Positions 28,558 to 42,974 of a stretch of 64,000 nt of DNA are shown here, in pieces. This stretch comes from the human T2T-CHM13v2.0 reference genome, Homo sapiens: the NCBI RefSeq assembly GCF_009914755.1, contig NC_060927.1, one strand, 5' to 3'. Numbering within the stretch: position 1 is the first letter of the stretch; every line of letters starts with the position of its first letter. Made by a program: the position numbers and the translations under genes. The notes beneath the pieces were generated by a model. The model ran no database searches. It saw nothing but the letters and a program-made list of their open reading frames with translations, and was not told the origin of the DNA.

Positions 28558-30149
28558 TGCAAATGCTGTTTTCAAAGTGACAGGTTGTGGTCATAGAATA
28601 CTGGAGTGCTATAAATAACATGGAGCCATTTGGATGTGGCTGGCAATGAACTGAAAATGTGGCTCCAAATGTCTACTTGGAGGTATTGACTCTGTCATAA
28701 AGACTCAAGCAAATTTTAAGCCACATTAGAAATCGGAGTCCTTTTATCTGGAGTCAAACAGCAACTCACTCCAGAACGTTCTCCCTCATGTTTTCCTAAG
28801 TGGTAAGTTATAGGGATAGAAGCCTTCTACACTTCCATTGAAATTATCCATTAACCACATGAAGAGATTTATATGCCAGCACTACACAATGTCAATTTCA
28901 GCAGCCAAGTCCATTTTTCATTTCAGGCATATGTGAAAGGACTCTTTAAAGGCTACTTGAAAGATTCAACAAGGACATAAAATGAAATTCTAGCAAGTTG
29001 CTTTGTGAACTAGTCTTCCAGTTATAGCCCCACTGCTAATTATTATTTCAAAGGCCTTATTCATCTCAAAACTACAGTTCCTTTCTTTCTTACGAAAGTG
29101 AGATGCCCTTTGCCTTTTTGGAGAGCAAAGTCTGCTATTAGAGTTTCCCAACTCTGTCCTGGCTGAAGAGGAAAAACAGATGACATATGTTTATGTTTCA
29201 GAGGGAGGACTGGATGGTGATAACAAGTAAAAGGAGAATTCATTTCCGAGGAGAGAGTGAAATAAAATAGTTAACATTTATTGAATGCTTAATTTACTAA
29301 CTCAATATTCTCAACCATCTTATAAGTTGTATGCTATTATTTATAAAATTTTATAGATGGATGCAGGGAGAGGTCAGGTAACATTTGCCCAATGTTCTCA
29401 GCCATTTCTTTCCTTCCAAGTAAATATCTGCACTCAAACTTGCATGGTGATGATGAAGTGAAAAAGAGGAAAAGACGGATTTCAATTTGTCAGGGTCTTT
29501 CTGGTTAGCATGGACACAGTGGGGAGTTACTGCATGTCAGAAGGACAGATGAAAGGGAACATGTGCCACCCCCCAAATGAAATGATGTTCCTAGAGTTTA
29601 AAAAAAAATTCAACCAAAGTTCCAAGGTACATTTTTGAAGTAGATCTGCCTATTTCTTTGTTATTTCAATAAAATAACTTAACGGTTGTTTTAATGTTAA
29701 TTTAACAAGATAAGATGATATCATCATTTCTTGGAACTATTGAGCATTTTTTATACGAAATCCACTAAGATAAAACCATGGGGAGAAGAGACATAACAAG
29801 GCCAGTGATGCTATTCAGAGAGACCATTCATTTCTGTTTTCCTGTTGTAGGAAACATCTAAGTTTGCAATTTTATATCCTCAGGCCCAAATTCTATATTC
29901 TGATTTGCATAGCTCCTGCTGAAGAATTTGGAATAATATAATTAAGTCACACTGCCAGAGCTTAGAAGAATACAGGAAAGAAGGCAGCAGACAATTAAAA
30001 TCACTCAACTATTTGGAAGCACAGGTCCTCCCTCCCCCAAGAATTCCCCATACTTAAAATACATGCCATAGGCATTCTCTGTGAAAGCTTTAATGTAAAA
30101 ACCACTGAAGAAATGGCATTTCCTCTACACAGTTTTTATACCAACTTAC

Positions 30150-30279
30150 CTCTCTAATCATCAAGGTTCCTTCTCTTGAAATACTGCCGCTGAAACTGTC
30201 CGCATGAGAGGTCTCCAGCCCATGCGTCCCCACCATTCCCACATTGTACTGCTCGTTGCTGCCTGGAGCTCCTGTTGGT
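30150..30279 (-). CDS. TNIK: TNIK exon (~23): (I)PTGAPGSNEQYNVGMVGTHGLETSHADSFSGSISREGTLMIRE
   Basis: catctcag|A acceptor, GAG|gtaagt donor, 130 nt. Confidence 0.96.
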
Positions 30280-30412
30280 CTGAGATGAGAAGGAACAACA
30301 TTCATGGCAATGTATCTTTAGGAAATATCTGTTTCCTGTCCATATTCATTATTTTTGTTATGGTAAAATATACATATTAATAACATAAAATTTACCATTG
30401 TACCAATTTTAA

Positions 30413-30746
<334 letters not shown>

Positions 30747-33399
30747 AATCTCATATTAATTTTAATGTGTGTTGATGTCTGGACTGGCCCCACTTTTGCA
30801 GCATCCCCTCTTGACCTATTCTCTGCCCAGTAGCCAGACTGAGCAAGTGTTTGGCTTTACCTGGAAAAAACACTGAAGTTGGCACCAGGAGTCACCAGGC
30901 TCTGCATGATCTCCCCTGACCCCTGCCCTCCTTCTTTGGGCAGCAGACAACCTGACCTGCTTTTACACATGCTGTTCCCTCTGCCTGGAAAGTTCTTTCC
31001 ACTCTGGCCTTGGTTGGTTCCCTCTCATTCATCCTACATGATGCTTTCTGTGAGAAGTCTGCTCTTATCACCTATGTCTTGTCCCAACAGCCCCTCTTCT
31101 TTTCTCTTCACCCTTTTTCCTTCATAGTTCTCATCACAATTTGCAATTATCTTATCTTTTGAATTCTCCCTTTCTCCTTCCCTCTCATTGCTTGTGATGG
31201 CAGAGTCCTTGTCTCTTTGTTCATTATTATTACCCAGTACCCAGCCTAGAGTTGTCACATACTAGGAATGCAAAAAATGATTATTAGATCCATGGGCTTT
31301 ATGCTTCTATAAAGAAGAAATATCTACTAAGAACATTCTGGCTTATTGGGGCATCCATAAACTAGGAGGTTTAACTTAAACAGCACTCAGCCTCTGTAAT
31401 CATCCTGCATGGTGGTATATTTATTTTCAGTTCTTTTCTTGCTATCATGTTTACAGTATAATGAGAGAAGGTAACAGGATCTCAGCATACTCCTTGAGAA
31501 CACAGACTGATGTTTCCTGTGTCCTGTAGCACAGAGCACAGTGCCAGGGCTCAAAAAGTGATGACTGACTGCTCATAGTGAGCTTCACTCTATCAGGAGT
31601 GCCTCATTTGCATGACACAGAATTTCTCTGGTTTAGGAGCTCAGGGGATTTGAGAACCACACACCACAGGTTGAGGTTGGTACAACATGGCTTCTGGAAG
31701 AAGGATTTTGGTTGTTAATGCGATACTTGTTGTTCTCCTATTTTAGCATCTGCCTCTCTTTTAAAGTGGGTTTTCTAAAAATAGGAAAGTTATCAAGGCT
31801 TATTTCTCTCTAGGCATATTAATTGCAACTTTAATCATTTTTTTCTTTTATTTTCATTGTTTCTTATATATTTAAAAATATCTCTGGCCTCTTGGATCTT
31901 ATGAAAGTCCAAAGAATTACTGGAAACTTCCATCTAAGAAACAAGAAATACACCAGATTTATGATGTCTCTGGGGCAGAGAAAGACATATTTCAAGGATT
32001 TTTATCCAAAACAGACAGGTGAAAAAATGACAGGGGGAGTCCAGACGAGAAAATGTATAGTAAGAAGCTTCCATTGCAATTACTAAACTGGAGCAGTGGA
32101 TTGAATGAATCTAAATGTGGGCTAGAACTGATGTGTTTGGGAAGAAATTCCAAAGAGGCATTTTCATTTTCAACATGTCATTCCTAGAAAGGAGCTTTTA
32201 ATAGTGTTCAGAGACATGGAAAAAAAAATTGAATTCCTGGCATTTTGATAGATTGGTAAATCAGTTTTCAAAATATCATTTCTTCACTCATTTGTTTATC
32301 TTGTGTGTATCTTCCATTTTTTTTTCTTGCTCTTCTTTCTTCCTTTGTGCCGTAAGTACTTGTTTGGGACAAAATGATATAAAGCCAATAAATCAATGAA
32401 GTACTTATCAAGAGTCTTCCATGAGGGCAGCCACTTTTCTTATTTATCAGAAAGGGGTTCTTTGCTATTGTCAGGGGCTCAGTTGGCCTGGTGGCATCTG
32501 CCAGGCTGATGCTTGTACAATCAAGTTCTCCTGTCCTAGTCAGACCTGCTTCCTCTGTTACCTGAATAACAGTTTTCTTGGTGGCCACCCCGTCTTCAGT
32601 CCTTTCCCCCTCATATCCACTCCTCACAGCTGTGAAAGTGAGCCCTCCAAAACACAAATCTGACCAAGTCCGAATCACTCTTCTACTTTCAATCTTCAGT
32701 AGCTCCCTGTCAACCACAGGATAAACTTGAAGCTCCTTACTGTGGCTTACAAGCTCTCCATTATCTAGTTCTTGCCTGTCTCACTAACCTAATTTTTTTT
32801 AACAAAATCCTGCCCCAACTCCTAACTCTACCAGCATTTAACTTATAAAAGTTTCCTATGTACATTATGCTAGAAAATCCCTGGTGACTTTAGCCTGCCC
32901 TCTTTACCTGGAAGATTCTTTTCTATTCTCTGCCTCCCTCTGGCTAACTCATTCTTTAAGCCTCACTGGAATGGTTTAGGTGGCTCTTCACTCTGCCTCC
33001 ACATTGCCCTTTGTGCATCTCTACCACTGCATTCAATACACAGTCCTGCAATGATCAGATCTCATTAATGTTGGTATTTTCAGTGCCAAGCATGGTGCCT
33101 GGAATGCAGGTAGCACATAATAAATGTTTATTAAATCGCTGAAGATCTTGGGTCAAGGGCTTTGTTTAATGTCTAACAGAGATTTCATTCAGATTTATTG
33201 TAAAAATATAGCTCTTCTGTGAATTGATAAGTAATTGGCTATCAGGATATTATTTGGATATTTAAAATATCTTGAGCAATCAATGTTAAGTTTTACAATT
33301 TTATGAAGTTGGGTTTACTAGGATGTGCCAAAATAATTTTCTTATAATTGGGTGGTTATCATAGAATAACAAAAAATCTATTCAGATATATCATAGAAC

Positions 33400-34480
33400 T
33401 TTACAGGAAAAAGAGTTAAACTTAATGTATATAAATTTTAAAAAATCATTGAGGAGATCAGAAGCTCCCAGGAAAGAATGTTAAAAACTGTGATAAGAGA
33501 ATCTCACCATATTACAAATGTATGAACAACTTCAGTGAGGAGAAATGTGGCAAAAAGGCATTGATCTAAGTAACCTTGGAAATGAGTGGAGTCTGTAATA
33601 CTAAAGGCAAGAGGAACTGAGCAATAAACAGTGTACATTCTAGTTGAGAAAGTTGTTTCCCATGAGGTTACAGGTTAACAAATTTGATACTACTATACAA
33701 AAATACTGGATGTGCACAATTAAGTAAATGGGTGGTTGATATGGTGTGGCCATGTCCCTACCCAAATCTCATCTTGAATTGTAACTTCCATAATCCCACG
33801 ACATGGGAGTGACCCGGTGGGAGGTAATTGAATCATGGAGGTGGGTTTTTCCTCTGCTGTTCTTGTGATAGTGAATAAATCTCAGGACATCTGATGGTTT
33901 TATAAAGGGCAGTTCCCCTGCACATGCTCTCTTGCCTGCTGCCATGTAAGACATGCCTTTGCTCCTCATTCACCTTCCACCATGATTGTGAGGCCCCCCT
34001 AGCCATGTGGAACTGTGAGTCCATTAAACCTCTTTTTCTTTATAACTTTATACACTCTCAGGTATTTCTTCATAGCAGTACGAAAATGGACTAATACAGT
34101 AGTTGATGGCAGAAGCCAGGTTTCTGACTGTTGGAATGGGAATTTACAAACAAGCAAGGGGAGGTGGAGGCATGTCAGTCAAAGAGGCACAGGAGCTAAC
34201 TGAAAGAGCTCCCAAGGTCAAAACTGGAAAATTTGAGCAACAAAATAAAGATTATATCCATGAATCTATACTGATATAAATGATGGAATAAATTAATAAA
34301 TAGAGGAGACAAATCTGTGCAGAAGAATTCTAAATAAATTATGTAGCTATTCTACCCTACAGGAGGGAACGCATGATTCCCCACTCCTCAAGTGTGGGCT
34401 GTGCATAGTGGCTTCCTTCCAAAGGTATAGCATAGAAAAAAGCGGAAATAAAAGAGTCATTTTACAGTGGAGAAATCTTC
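33400..34480 (+). mobile_element. Old L1 (L1MC/MD-like) 3' region, split by a THE1 LTR
   Basis: ttggaaatgagtggagtctgtaatactaaaggcaagaggaactg and ccactcctcaagtgtgggctgtgcatagtg motifs; approximate. Confidence 0.6.
33737..34098 (+). mobile_element. THE1 (MaLR) solo LTR
   Basis: tgatatgg...cccaaatctcatcttgaattgt...ggactaataca; TG..CA ends; 5-bp TSD gtggt/gtagt. Confidence 0.92.
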
Positions 34481-37400
34481 CCTACTGGAGCATTTGCTGG
34501 TATTTGAGGGAAGACACTAATACCTAAGGTTGCCTCTTTGGCTTGCTTGATGTGATGCAAATCAAATTAAATGCCTTTCCTTCCATTCTTTTTATTCTAT
34601 AAAGCTTTTATTTTTTTCCTGATTATAAAGTAGTACATGCCCATCATATAATTGGGGATATACATAAAATAAAAATCTCCCATAATTATATTACCCAGAG
34701 GTAATCACTTTTATAATTTTGGTGTATTTCCCTCCACTCGTTATTTTTCTATGCATGAGGAATTGGGAAATACTGCAACTGGTTAGTTGGGGAATACAAA
34801 CTTAGTTAAGTGCACTCTCATAAGTTATATCTTGTAAAATAAATGCAAAACCAGCACAGTGCATAGAAAAAAGCTATTGTTTTAAACATCAGAAACCACA
34901 GCTGTTTGTCAAAATGGCTGGTGCTCCATTTCTGAGAAGCTTCTCTGTGTTTACTTCATGGTGGGCACTGAGCTACAATATATTTTTGTTTTCTGCTTTA
35001 AAAATATATGGCACAAAATATAGAGGTTTACCTTAACAAAAAATAAAGGTAATAAGAATGTATATAAAAGGCACTCTGGCCCCCAAATACTCAATTCCTA
35101 AATATTGTTTTATAATGAACTTTTAATAGTATGAAATTTCTCAGGCATGCAATCATCACATTGTAGAACAGACTGTGTATATTTTATATGCAATATAAAA
35201 ATACATATATTTACAAATTGAAGTAAACATACACACATACATTTGTACCCTTCGTACCCTTATTTTCTCACATACATAATCACATATTTTAAATGTTCTT
35301 AAACAATCATTTCCATCTATCTAAAGTTTACCAATCCCTTAAGAACCATGTCAAGTCTTGCCTCCACCATCAGCATTCCATGATAGCCTCAGTTCATTAT
35401 TTCTTATGCAGATTATAGTAATAGCGCCTCTGAATTGCTTTACCAGTCTCCAGTCTGTTCCCTTTTCAAATCGTCTTGCTGAAATAATCTCCCTCAAATA
35501 TAACACTGAACTCAAGATACGTTCAATGGTTTCCAATGGCTACATATAAAGAGCACACTTCTTGGTCTGATTTCACTAGTCCAGACTCCCCTCCACCGTA
35601 TACACCATACATTCCCACCAAAGTCAACTTTCTGTGTCTTTACTTCAACTCTTCCCCCTGCTTGGGATTCTAATATTACCTCAGGATTTTTTTTTTTTTA
35701 ATCTTGCTGACAGTTATTTGTATAGAATTGGCTATACACTCTTCAAAGTCAGAACTTGCAATTTCAAATTCAGTGCAATTAAATGTAAATTATAGTCACT
35801 GAAGACCCACTGTATTCCAGACACCATGGAACGTGTTAAGAGCAAGAGAGATGAGTAAGGCATAACCCTTACCCTGAAAGATATCATAGTCCAGAAAAGG
35901 AGACAAAGACCTAACAAACAATCCTGATTCAAGGCACTACATGAAGATGCAGGAATACACACAACATACAGCGGTAGCACAGAAGAGGGGGCAGGCTCTA
36001 CCTATGCAGGCGGGGCTGTGAGTAGGTGATTTCTAAAGGAACAGGAAATGCCAGACAGAAGTGAAGCGTGGTCTATTCAGGAAATTTTAGAAAGGTGGGT
36101 GTTTCTACAGTGGGGAGTAAGTCCTAGATTTGCCTTTAAAGGTAGGAGGGTGAACACCATTAATAGCCTTGCAAAATATGATAGGGGACCTAAAACCCAA
36201 ATGCTAATGAACATCTTTGGTTGTTCCTCCAAATGTTTATATTAGCCTGCAGTTTTCCATGTGTAATTTTGTCATTCTCCAACTAGCATATAAACTTTTG
36301 GAAGACAAAATCCAAGTACGAACTTATCAGATCTCTTAAAGCCTTCAGCAGGGCTATCACATAGTGAGAGTTTTAGCAACCTTTTAATTTCATAATCTTC
36401 TCTCATCCTGATGCTTGCATGCTCAGTGCTTAAAAGGAGTTCAAAACATCTGTCAGAAGAATTAAGCAATTCTGAGTCAAGACAAAAACTAAAAGGGCCA
36501 GCATGTTTTGCAGAAATGTTCTGGATTAGTGATTTTGCCTCTAGAACAATTTTATTTACTTTTAAAAAGGCAATTTAATGCAATTTGTTTCAAAATGTCA
36601 TATTTTAGCATATTTAGAGCTGTCAGCAACTGGGTCATCAACAGCAAAATAACCAGTATGGATTTTTCAGCTACGTTAATTAGATTTGCCTCTTAGAATC
36701 GCTTGTATGTAATGATGTTAATCAGTGAATGACATTCCCTTTAGACTGGCCAGCCCTGCCTCTCCAGTCCCTGCTGAAGTGGACAATAATTTGTGGCCTG
36801 AAATGGCTTCTTTTTTATATAGAGTGAGTGTGAACTGATAATCAATGCTAGTAGCTGAGCCAAAGAAATAGAGGTGATTGAAGTGTGAAGATGGAAAAAT
36901 TAGCATCTCATTCTATCAAAGTTGTAGGAGACCAGGGCACAAACACCTTGTGCTTACTAGGTGGAGGAACTGGGGAAGCAACAGGGGATAAGGGTAGGTT
37001 CTTTCACGGGATCCACTCCAATAAGAAAAAAAAAAAATGAACTTTCTCCTCACCTTGAAAAAAAAAAAAAAAAGAAAAAGGCTACAATTACTAAAGAAAA
37101 TGTAGGTACATATAAATATACATGTAAATACATAAAAAGAGAACTGCAAAGAGACTGACAGTATGTGGCAAAGACACAGACCACAGAAAAATGGATCCAG
37201 AAAAAGAAGCCATGAAGGGAATAAAGTAGAAAATCATAACGGGGTATATTTTGGAACTTTCTCTGCATGATTATCTGAGTCCTGATTCTTTTGCTGGGAT
37301 GGTAACGCATGCTGGCTTGTGCATTTCTCCTTGCTTGTTGGTGGCAGTGGTGGTAATGAAATACATGTTTTATGTTGTTAATTTTAATCCCTAAATGTCA

Positions 37401-37759
37401 TTGCCCATGATTTCAGTGTTTCAGTTTTAGAGGGGAAGGCACGTATCAATGGTCTGGTTGTCGATATTGTTTGCCCTTAAGATGAAAAGAACAAGAAAGA
37501 GTCGCCGAAAGGATAGTCAATCCATTGGCAATGGATAGGTAAAGTGTATGCAGTCCAAAAATGCTACATATTCTAAGTGATTGTGTCCATAGATAGAGAT
37601 AATTATAGAACTATGCTCCAACAAAAACCCAAGTCCCGAAAGTCAATTTATCTTGCCACAGACCCATATACAATCTTACATTTAACTCATATTTTTTTGT
37701 CCTTTTATTTTGGAAACCTAGTCCCCTCCCGGTCTACACTTTAAAAGTAGTTCTCTTAC

Positions 37760-37944
37760 ATCAGTCTGGGTATGTCGCTGACAGCCACTGTCCCATCATG
37801 GGTCTCGCTCTCTCCATCTTCCTCCTCTTCCTCGCTACTTTCTGACTCCTCACTGGAGGAGGAGTAATCAGTCACCTTCTTCATTGGGCGGTTTGTTTCT
37901 TCAATCCGGAGTTCTCTTAGTTCTTTGGCTAATGCCGTCAGATC
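37760..37944 (-). CDS. TNIK: TNIK exon (~22): DLTALAKELRELRIEETNRPMKKVTDYSSSSEESESSEEEEEDGESETHDGTVAVSDIPRL(I)
   Basis: tttcatag|GAT acceptor, GAT|gtaaga donor, 185 nt; translated by hand (absent from the ORF track). Confidence 0.96.
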
Positions 37945-40900
37945 CTATGAAAGAAAAATTTGTTCAGCATATGAGTGGTAGATACGACCAAAGCTACATC
38001 TCTCAGCAAGTCAGTGCTCCAGCTTAAGCAACAAGAAAAAAAAAAGCTCTATATAGAACTGTGACAAACATAGTTACTGCATGGAACTAAGAAAATGATG
38101 TTTGTAGCGTGTAGAAGCTAGAAAAGAAAGATGAAATCAATTTAAACTTTTTCAAAACCAATAGCTAGACTGAGACTGTTCAGTCCTGAATATATATGTG
38201 TACATATGTGTATGTACACATATATACAAACATTGGGTTCTCATTTTGTTTTGGAAAGGTGAAGCTGGTCACCCCCAGAGTTAATGGGAAAATATGTGGG
38301 ATTAGAAATTGTGCCCCAGTATTCTGGGACTCCTGCCCAAGCCACAGTGATGGCTTTTCCCCTCTTATGATTGCTGCTGTACTGAAATTTACCATCAGTC
38401 AGCCATAGAACAGAGCAACTCCCAAGGTTCCAGCTACTACAGTGACTCATTTGGTGTGTCATCATTCCCTGGAGAATGGAGGTACCACATCAAATCATGG
38501 CCCATCCTAAAGTCTAGTGCCACTGAAATTTACAGCCACAGAACTGAATTAATCAAGAGGAACAACAACAACAAGAGTTCTCTTCCAAAATGATAGGTGT
38601 TTCATTTTCTTTTGTTTTAAATTCCAGTCATCTGGCAGAAATCCTGGTGAAGAACACTAAAATGAATGTGCAAATACCAAAAGGAAGAGATAATTTTGAG
38701 TTTTCCATGAGTATGATGAAACCTTTAGCCTTATGGATGTGATGATGTGGTATTTAATCACCAGGCATACTGCAGGCAGTGTGCTGAATATCCGACTACC
38801 TTTTATTTTACATGCTTTCAGAGCAATGCAGAGGGAAGCAGTTCTGCAAAAGCATGGCCGCTCTAATTTGCATGGGTTAAACTGCCCATGGCACACAGCA
38901 TGCAAATGGGGAAAAAGCAATTTGACATCAGTCTTACCATTTCTCCCTATATTAGTGACCCATGTGGGAATCAGAGCATTCAGTGAGAGACAGGGGATTA
39001 GGGAGAAAGAAACTCATTGAAAAATACTAAATCCCACAGTTTTCTATGGCCATATTCTCTCTTTATTTCAATCCAGAAATGTATGCATCCAATTCACCTG
39101 ATGTAGGATTAGAGCAACCTGGGTGATGACATTGGGTAATCCATCCTAATCGGTTAAAAGAAAAGCTGTGATAAATGTGTATAGTTAAATTATAATTTTA
39201 TTTTGAGAATACAACAAAACATTGTTTCTCTACTGCCACCTGTATGTCAGGCATTACTATTTTGGTTCACACTAGGAAAGGAAACACTTTAGGTGTTTTA
39301 CGTGGTCTAGAAATTTAGGCAATTCATAGTGTTAACTGAAGGGTCATTTCTTTCTAATTTCATAGAAATCAAAGGGAAAGCAAAATGGCTTTTAAATTTG
39401 TCTTGATGACACCTGATTTGAAACCCTTAAAATATGGAAGCTGCTAAAAATTCAACCTTTGCATTACATACAGAAACACACTTGGCTAGGGCTTTTGCAC
39501 ACATGCACATTTGCACATTTGCACATGCCTCAATCTCGGTGAATGTATTTGCTCCATCTGTGAAAGTGAAAATAGAATTGTATTTAGAAGGCCAACTCTG
39601 TTTAAATGTAATGCATATTATAAAAAGAAGAGGAAAACCATAACATAGGTATAATGTTATGCAAATTTCTGGTTTCTTTGGCAATTAGCCAAAATAGGAA
39701 AAGCTAATATCTGAATTTCAACTTTTACTTCTTATTTCCTCCTGGCAATTGTCAATGCTTATCTTTATCAAATGAAGAAGAAAGTGAAGGGTATGCTATT
39801 CTTGAGTACCATGGGAAAATAAAGTCTAGATATTTGTTAAGGCTATGAAAGAAAAGGATATTATCATCCTCCAAACCAGTGAAATAATGAAAAATTAGAT
39901 AAATTTATTTTGTATTCTGACATCTATATATTAGGACTGTGTTAAGTCTCATCAAAGAATACAGCTAGCATTTAAAATGTTACTTGTTATTAAGAATTAC
40001 ATTTTATATAATTTAAAGAGAGAATATGGTTTAAAAGAGTTTATCTCTATTGTTAATAATTCTGAGTAAAATATAATACTCTTGGCTATGGTTTAATTAA
40101 TGATACATTTTCCCCAGAGGTTTATTTTCCTTTTCTCTGACATTTCAAAACGAGACAAAAGAAATTCTAAAAAATCAAAATTATTTTAGAAATATTTAGT
40201 CCACAGGCTACTGATTTAAAAAAACTTTCACTTGTTAAAATGACATACATTTTTCTAAACATTGTATTTAGAAACACTTTAAAGTTCTGAACTGCTTAAT
40301 AATTTTGCTTTTAATTAGAATTTTTTGCTTCTGTGTTACTAAAAAGCTCTCTGCCCTGAAACATTAGAAATAATTGAAAATTTCCTTTAAGTTTAATTGT
40401 TAACAGTTTGGAGGCGAGACATATACCAGAATCCCTATGAAAAGGTAAAAATAATGAATAATTCCAAAGTAATACCTGTAGTCAAAGAAAATTAATCTTC
40501 CATTGCTAAGAACCTATGTGTTTAGCTGAAGTTTTGTTTCTTATCCGTCCAGTATTGAAAAATTTATAATAGCAAAGTTATAGGAAATAAACACAATCTA
40601 ATATTAACACCATTGGGTTCAATTCTATTTTCATATATTTTATTCTTTGACAATACAAATTTTCTCCATATAATGAGCCTTCTTGGTAATTTATTACTTG
40701 GCTGTCACAAGCCTGGAGCTAAAAAGTATTTAAAAAACAAAATAAGTGCTATTTAGCATGAAAATATTTGAGAATATATAGCTAAAAAAGAAATATGGCA
40801 AGATGGTAAGATTTTTTGACTACAGAGTAAATGTGAAGATAGCTACGAGGCTTAACAGTTTTTAGAATCAACTAGATATAATTTTTCATTCAACAAAGGT

Positions 40901-41552
40901 TAACTATTATGCACATCTTGACTAAAAAGGCGCTCTTTTAGGTCCCTTTTTAGAAACAATATAGTTTATTCAAATAAATATTAGTTCAATTTTTGAACTA
41001 TTGTTTAAAAATTTTTAGCTTTTTTTTCTCTTTGTATTAAACTATTTTCTTTTTAGGAACTCTAAAGATATGACATTGGGCAAGCCACTTAGTTTCAATA
41101 TCCTCATCTGAGGGAAAAGGGGGTTGAACCCCTAGTTATTGTTCACCTTCCATCCAATCTAAATTGATGTGCTTTGAAATTTTTGATGCCCACATACTAA
41201 TAAAAAACAGCGGTAAAAACAGTGTTTTCTTACGTGTATAATCTTTGTGTCACATATTTAATTGTGCCAACAGAGAAAACCCATTTATTTTCAAAGACTA
41301 TATTCAAAGACTATATTAAATAGACTATGCTGCAAAATCTCATATTCCATTAGAAAGCAATGTCACATTAATGTACACTCCCCCAAATTAATTTTTATAA
41401 AAAGTTAAATCATTAGCAATAACAAGCGACAATATTTCAAAAGTGATTTTCAGATTTTTCATTTCAATCCCAGTTATCTAAATTGCAAAAACAGTCGTTG
41501 AGAGGGAAGCCCTACCAAAACCTATGAATGGAGAAGGGAGAAAGGTGTAGTT

Positions 41553-41787
41553 CAAAGTTTCTCAATTATGGCCCTGTTGACATTTTGGGCCAGATAATTC
41601 TTTATTGTAGGGAGTTCTCTGTGCACCACGGGATGTTTGGCAGCAGCACCCCTCTGCTCTATCCACAAGATGCCAGTACCACTGCCTGCTACTCTGAAGT
41701 GGTGACAACCAAAACTGTCTCCAGATTTTGCCAAATGTCTCCTAAGGGAAGAGGAGTGGAGGAATCAGCCGTGGTTGAGAGCCACTG
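41553..41787. mobile_element. MER20 (hAT-Charlie MITE)
   Basis: tgacattttgggccagataattcttt...gtgacaaccaaaactgtctccaga...ggttgagagccactg with terminal inverted repeats. Confidence 0.85.
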
Positions 41788-42974
41788 GGTTAGGTAGAAC
41801 CGCTTTATTTTAGTGGTTTGGATCAGTGATACTCAAGAGATCAGGATAGTCACCTGGAGGGCTTTTCCAACCATACATGGCTCCAGAGATTTTAGTATGC
41901 AGCTCACACCCCCTCAATTATTTGTAATTACGTATACCTCCATTGCCCCCTCTCATCTCTGTCCAGTGTGGTGCAGTACACCAAAAAAAAGTAGAGCAAT
42001 TTTTCAAAGCCTAAAATATTCTGGGTTAATCAGATGAAATCTGTGAGAGCCTTTTCCTTAATGACGGCCCCTCCAAGCCAATTTCTGAACTCATGTAATT
42101 CCTCTTGAGTTCTGCACATGCACAGCCATTTTATTGGCAACTGTAGCACCAGAACTTCACTGTCTTTCTTTACCTGTTCTGGGAGAAAACTGACAAAAGT
42201 TGTGATAATCCCTGCCCTTCTCACTATTATGAGAGAGAGGGGCAAGCAAGGCCACGGCACAGAGCAATTAAAAACACACTCTCCTCTTCCCTTTCTATAA
42301 ATGCCATCCACACACCGCAAACATGCGGAGTCTCATTCTTTTATAAGCAACAATCCTTCAACTATGATCATAACTGTCTCGTCACTCTGGGTGGTGAGGT
42401 GGCCATAAGTCTGAAAAAGTGAGGCTCTTCGGTGAAGACCAGATACATGGAAACATGCTTCTCCTACCTGCCAAAATAGCTCCATGCCTCTGGCCCAAAC
42501 CTTAATCAAACCCTTGGCTTTCTGCAGCAATGTTACACATAAAATGCTTTCACACACATTACCTTAAATGATCCTAAACAATCTTGTAAGTGGGATGGGG
42601 AGGTGTTTTTATTCTCATTTTATGGATGAGGAAACTCTGGCCCAGTGAGGTTATGAGACTAGTCTCAGCCAGTTATTTACTGGGGGAGCCAAGATTTGAA
42701 TGCAGCTTGCTGACCTCAAAGCCAGTGCTTTTTCCATTAAATTTCACAAAAGTAGTGCTCAGCAGAGCTACAGCTTTAAAGCCATGATGGTAGTCTTTAG
42801 ATTCCATGCATTTAGGACTCTTTGCAAGGCCTGGATCTTAAAAAAACAAATTCTACTCTGCTGTATTCATGCAGGTCTGACAAATAGCAGTAAGGCAGTC
42901 ATCCTTCTTAGCAAGCTACCTACAACTGACAAAGCCATATATTTTTCTAATGGAAAACGTCTCCACAGACAAGG

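Noticed and set aside
31756-31773. 18-nt inverted match to 63716-63733 (possible long-range RNA pairing)
   Set aside because: AT-rich and 32 kb apart; one such match is plausible by chance in 64 kb
40982-41000. 8-bp hairpin tagttcaa/ttgaacta, and similar AT-rich hairpins or small tandem duplications (35.18 kb, 41.29 kb, 44.34 kb)
   Set aside because: Short and AT-rich; expected by chance or by slippage
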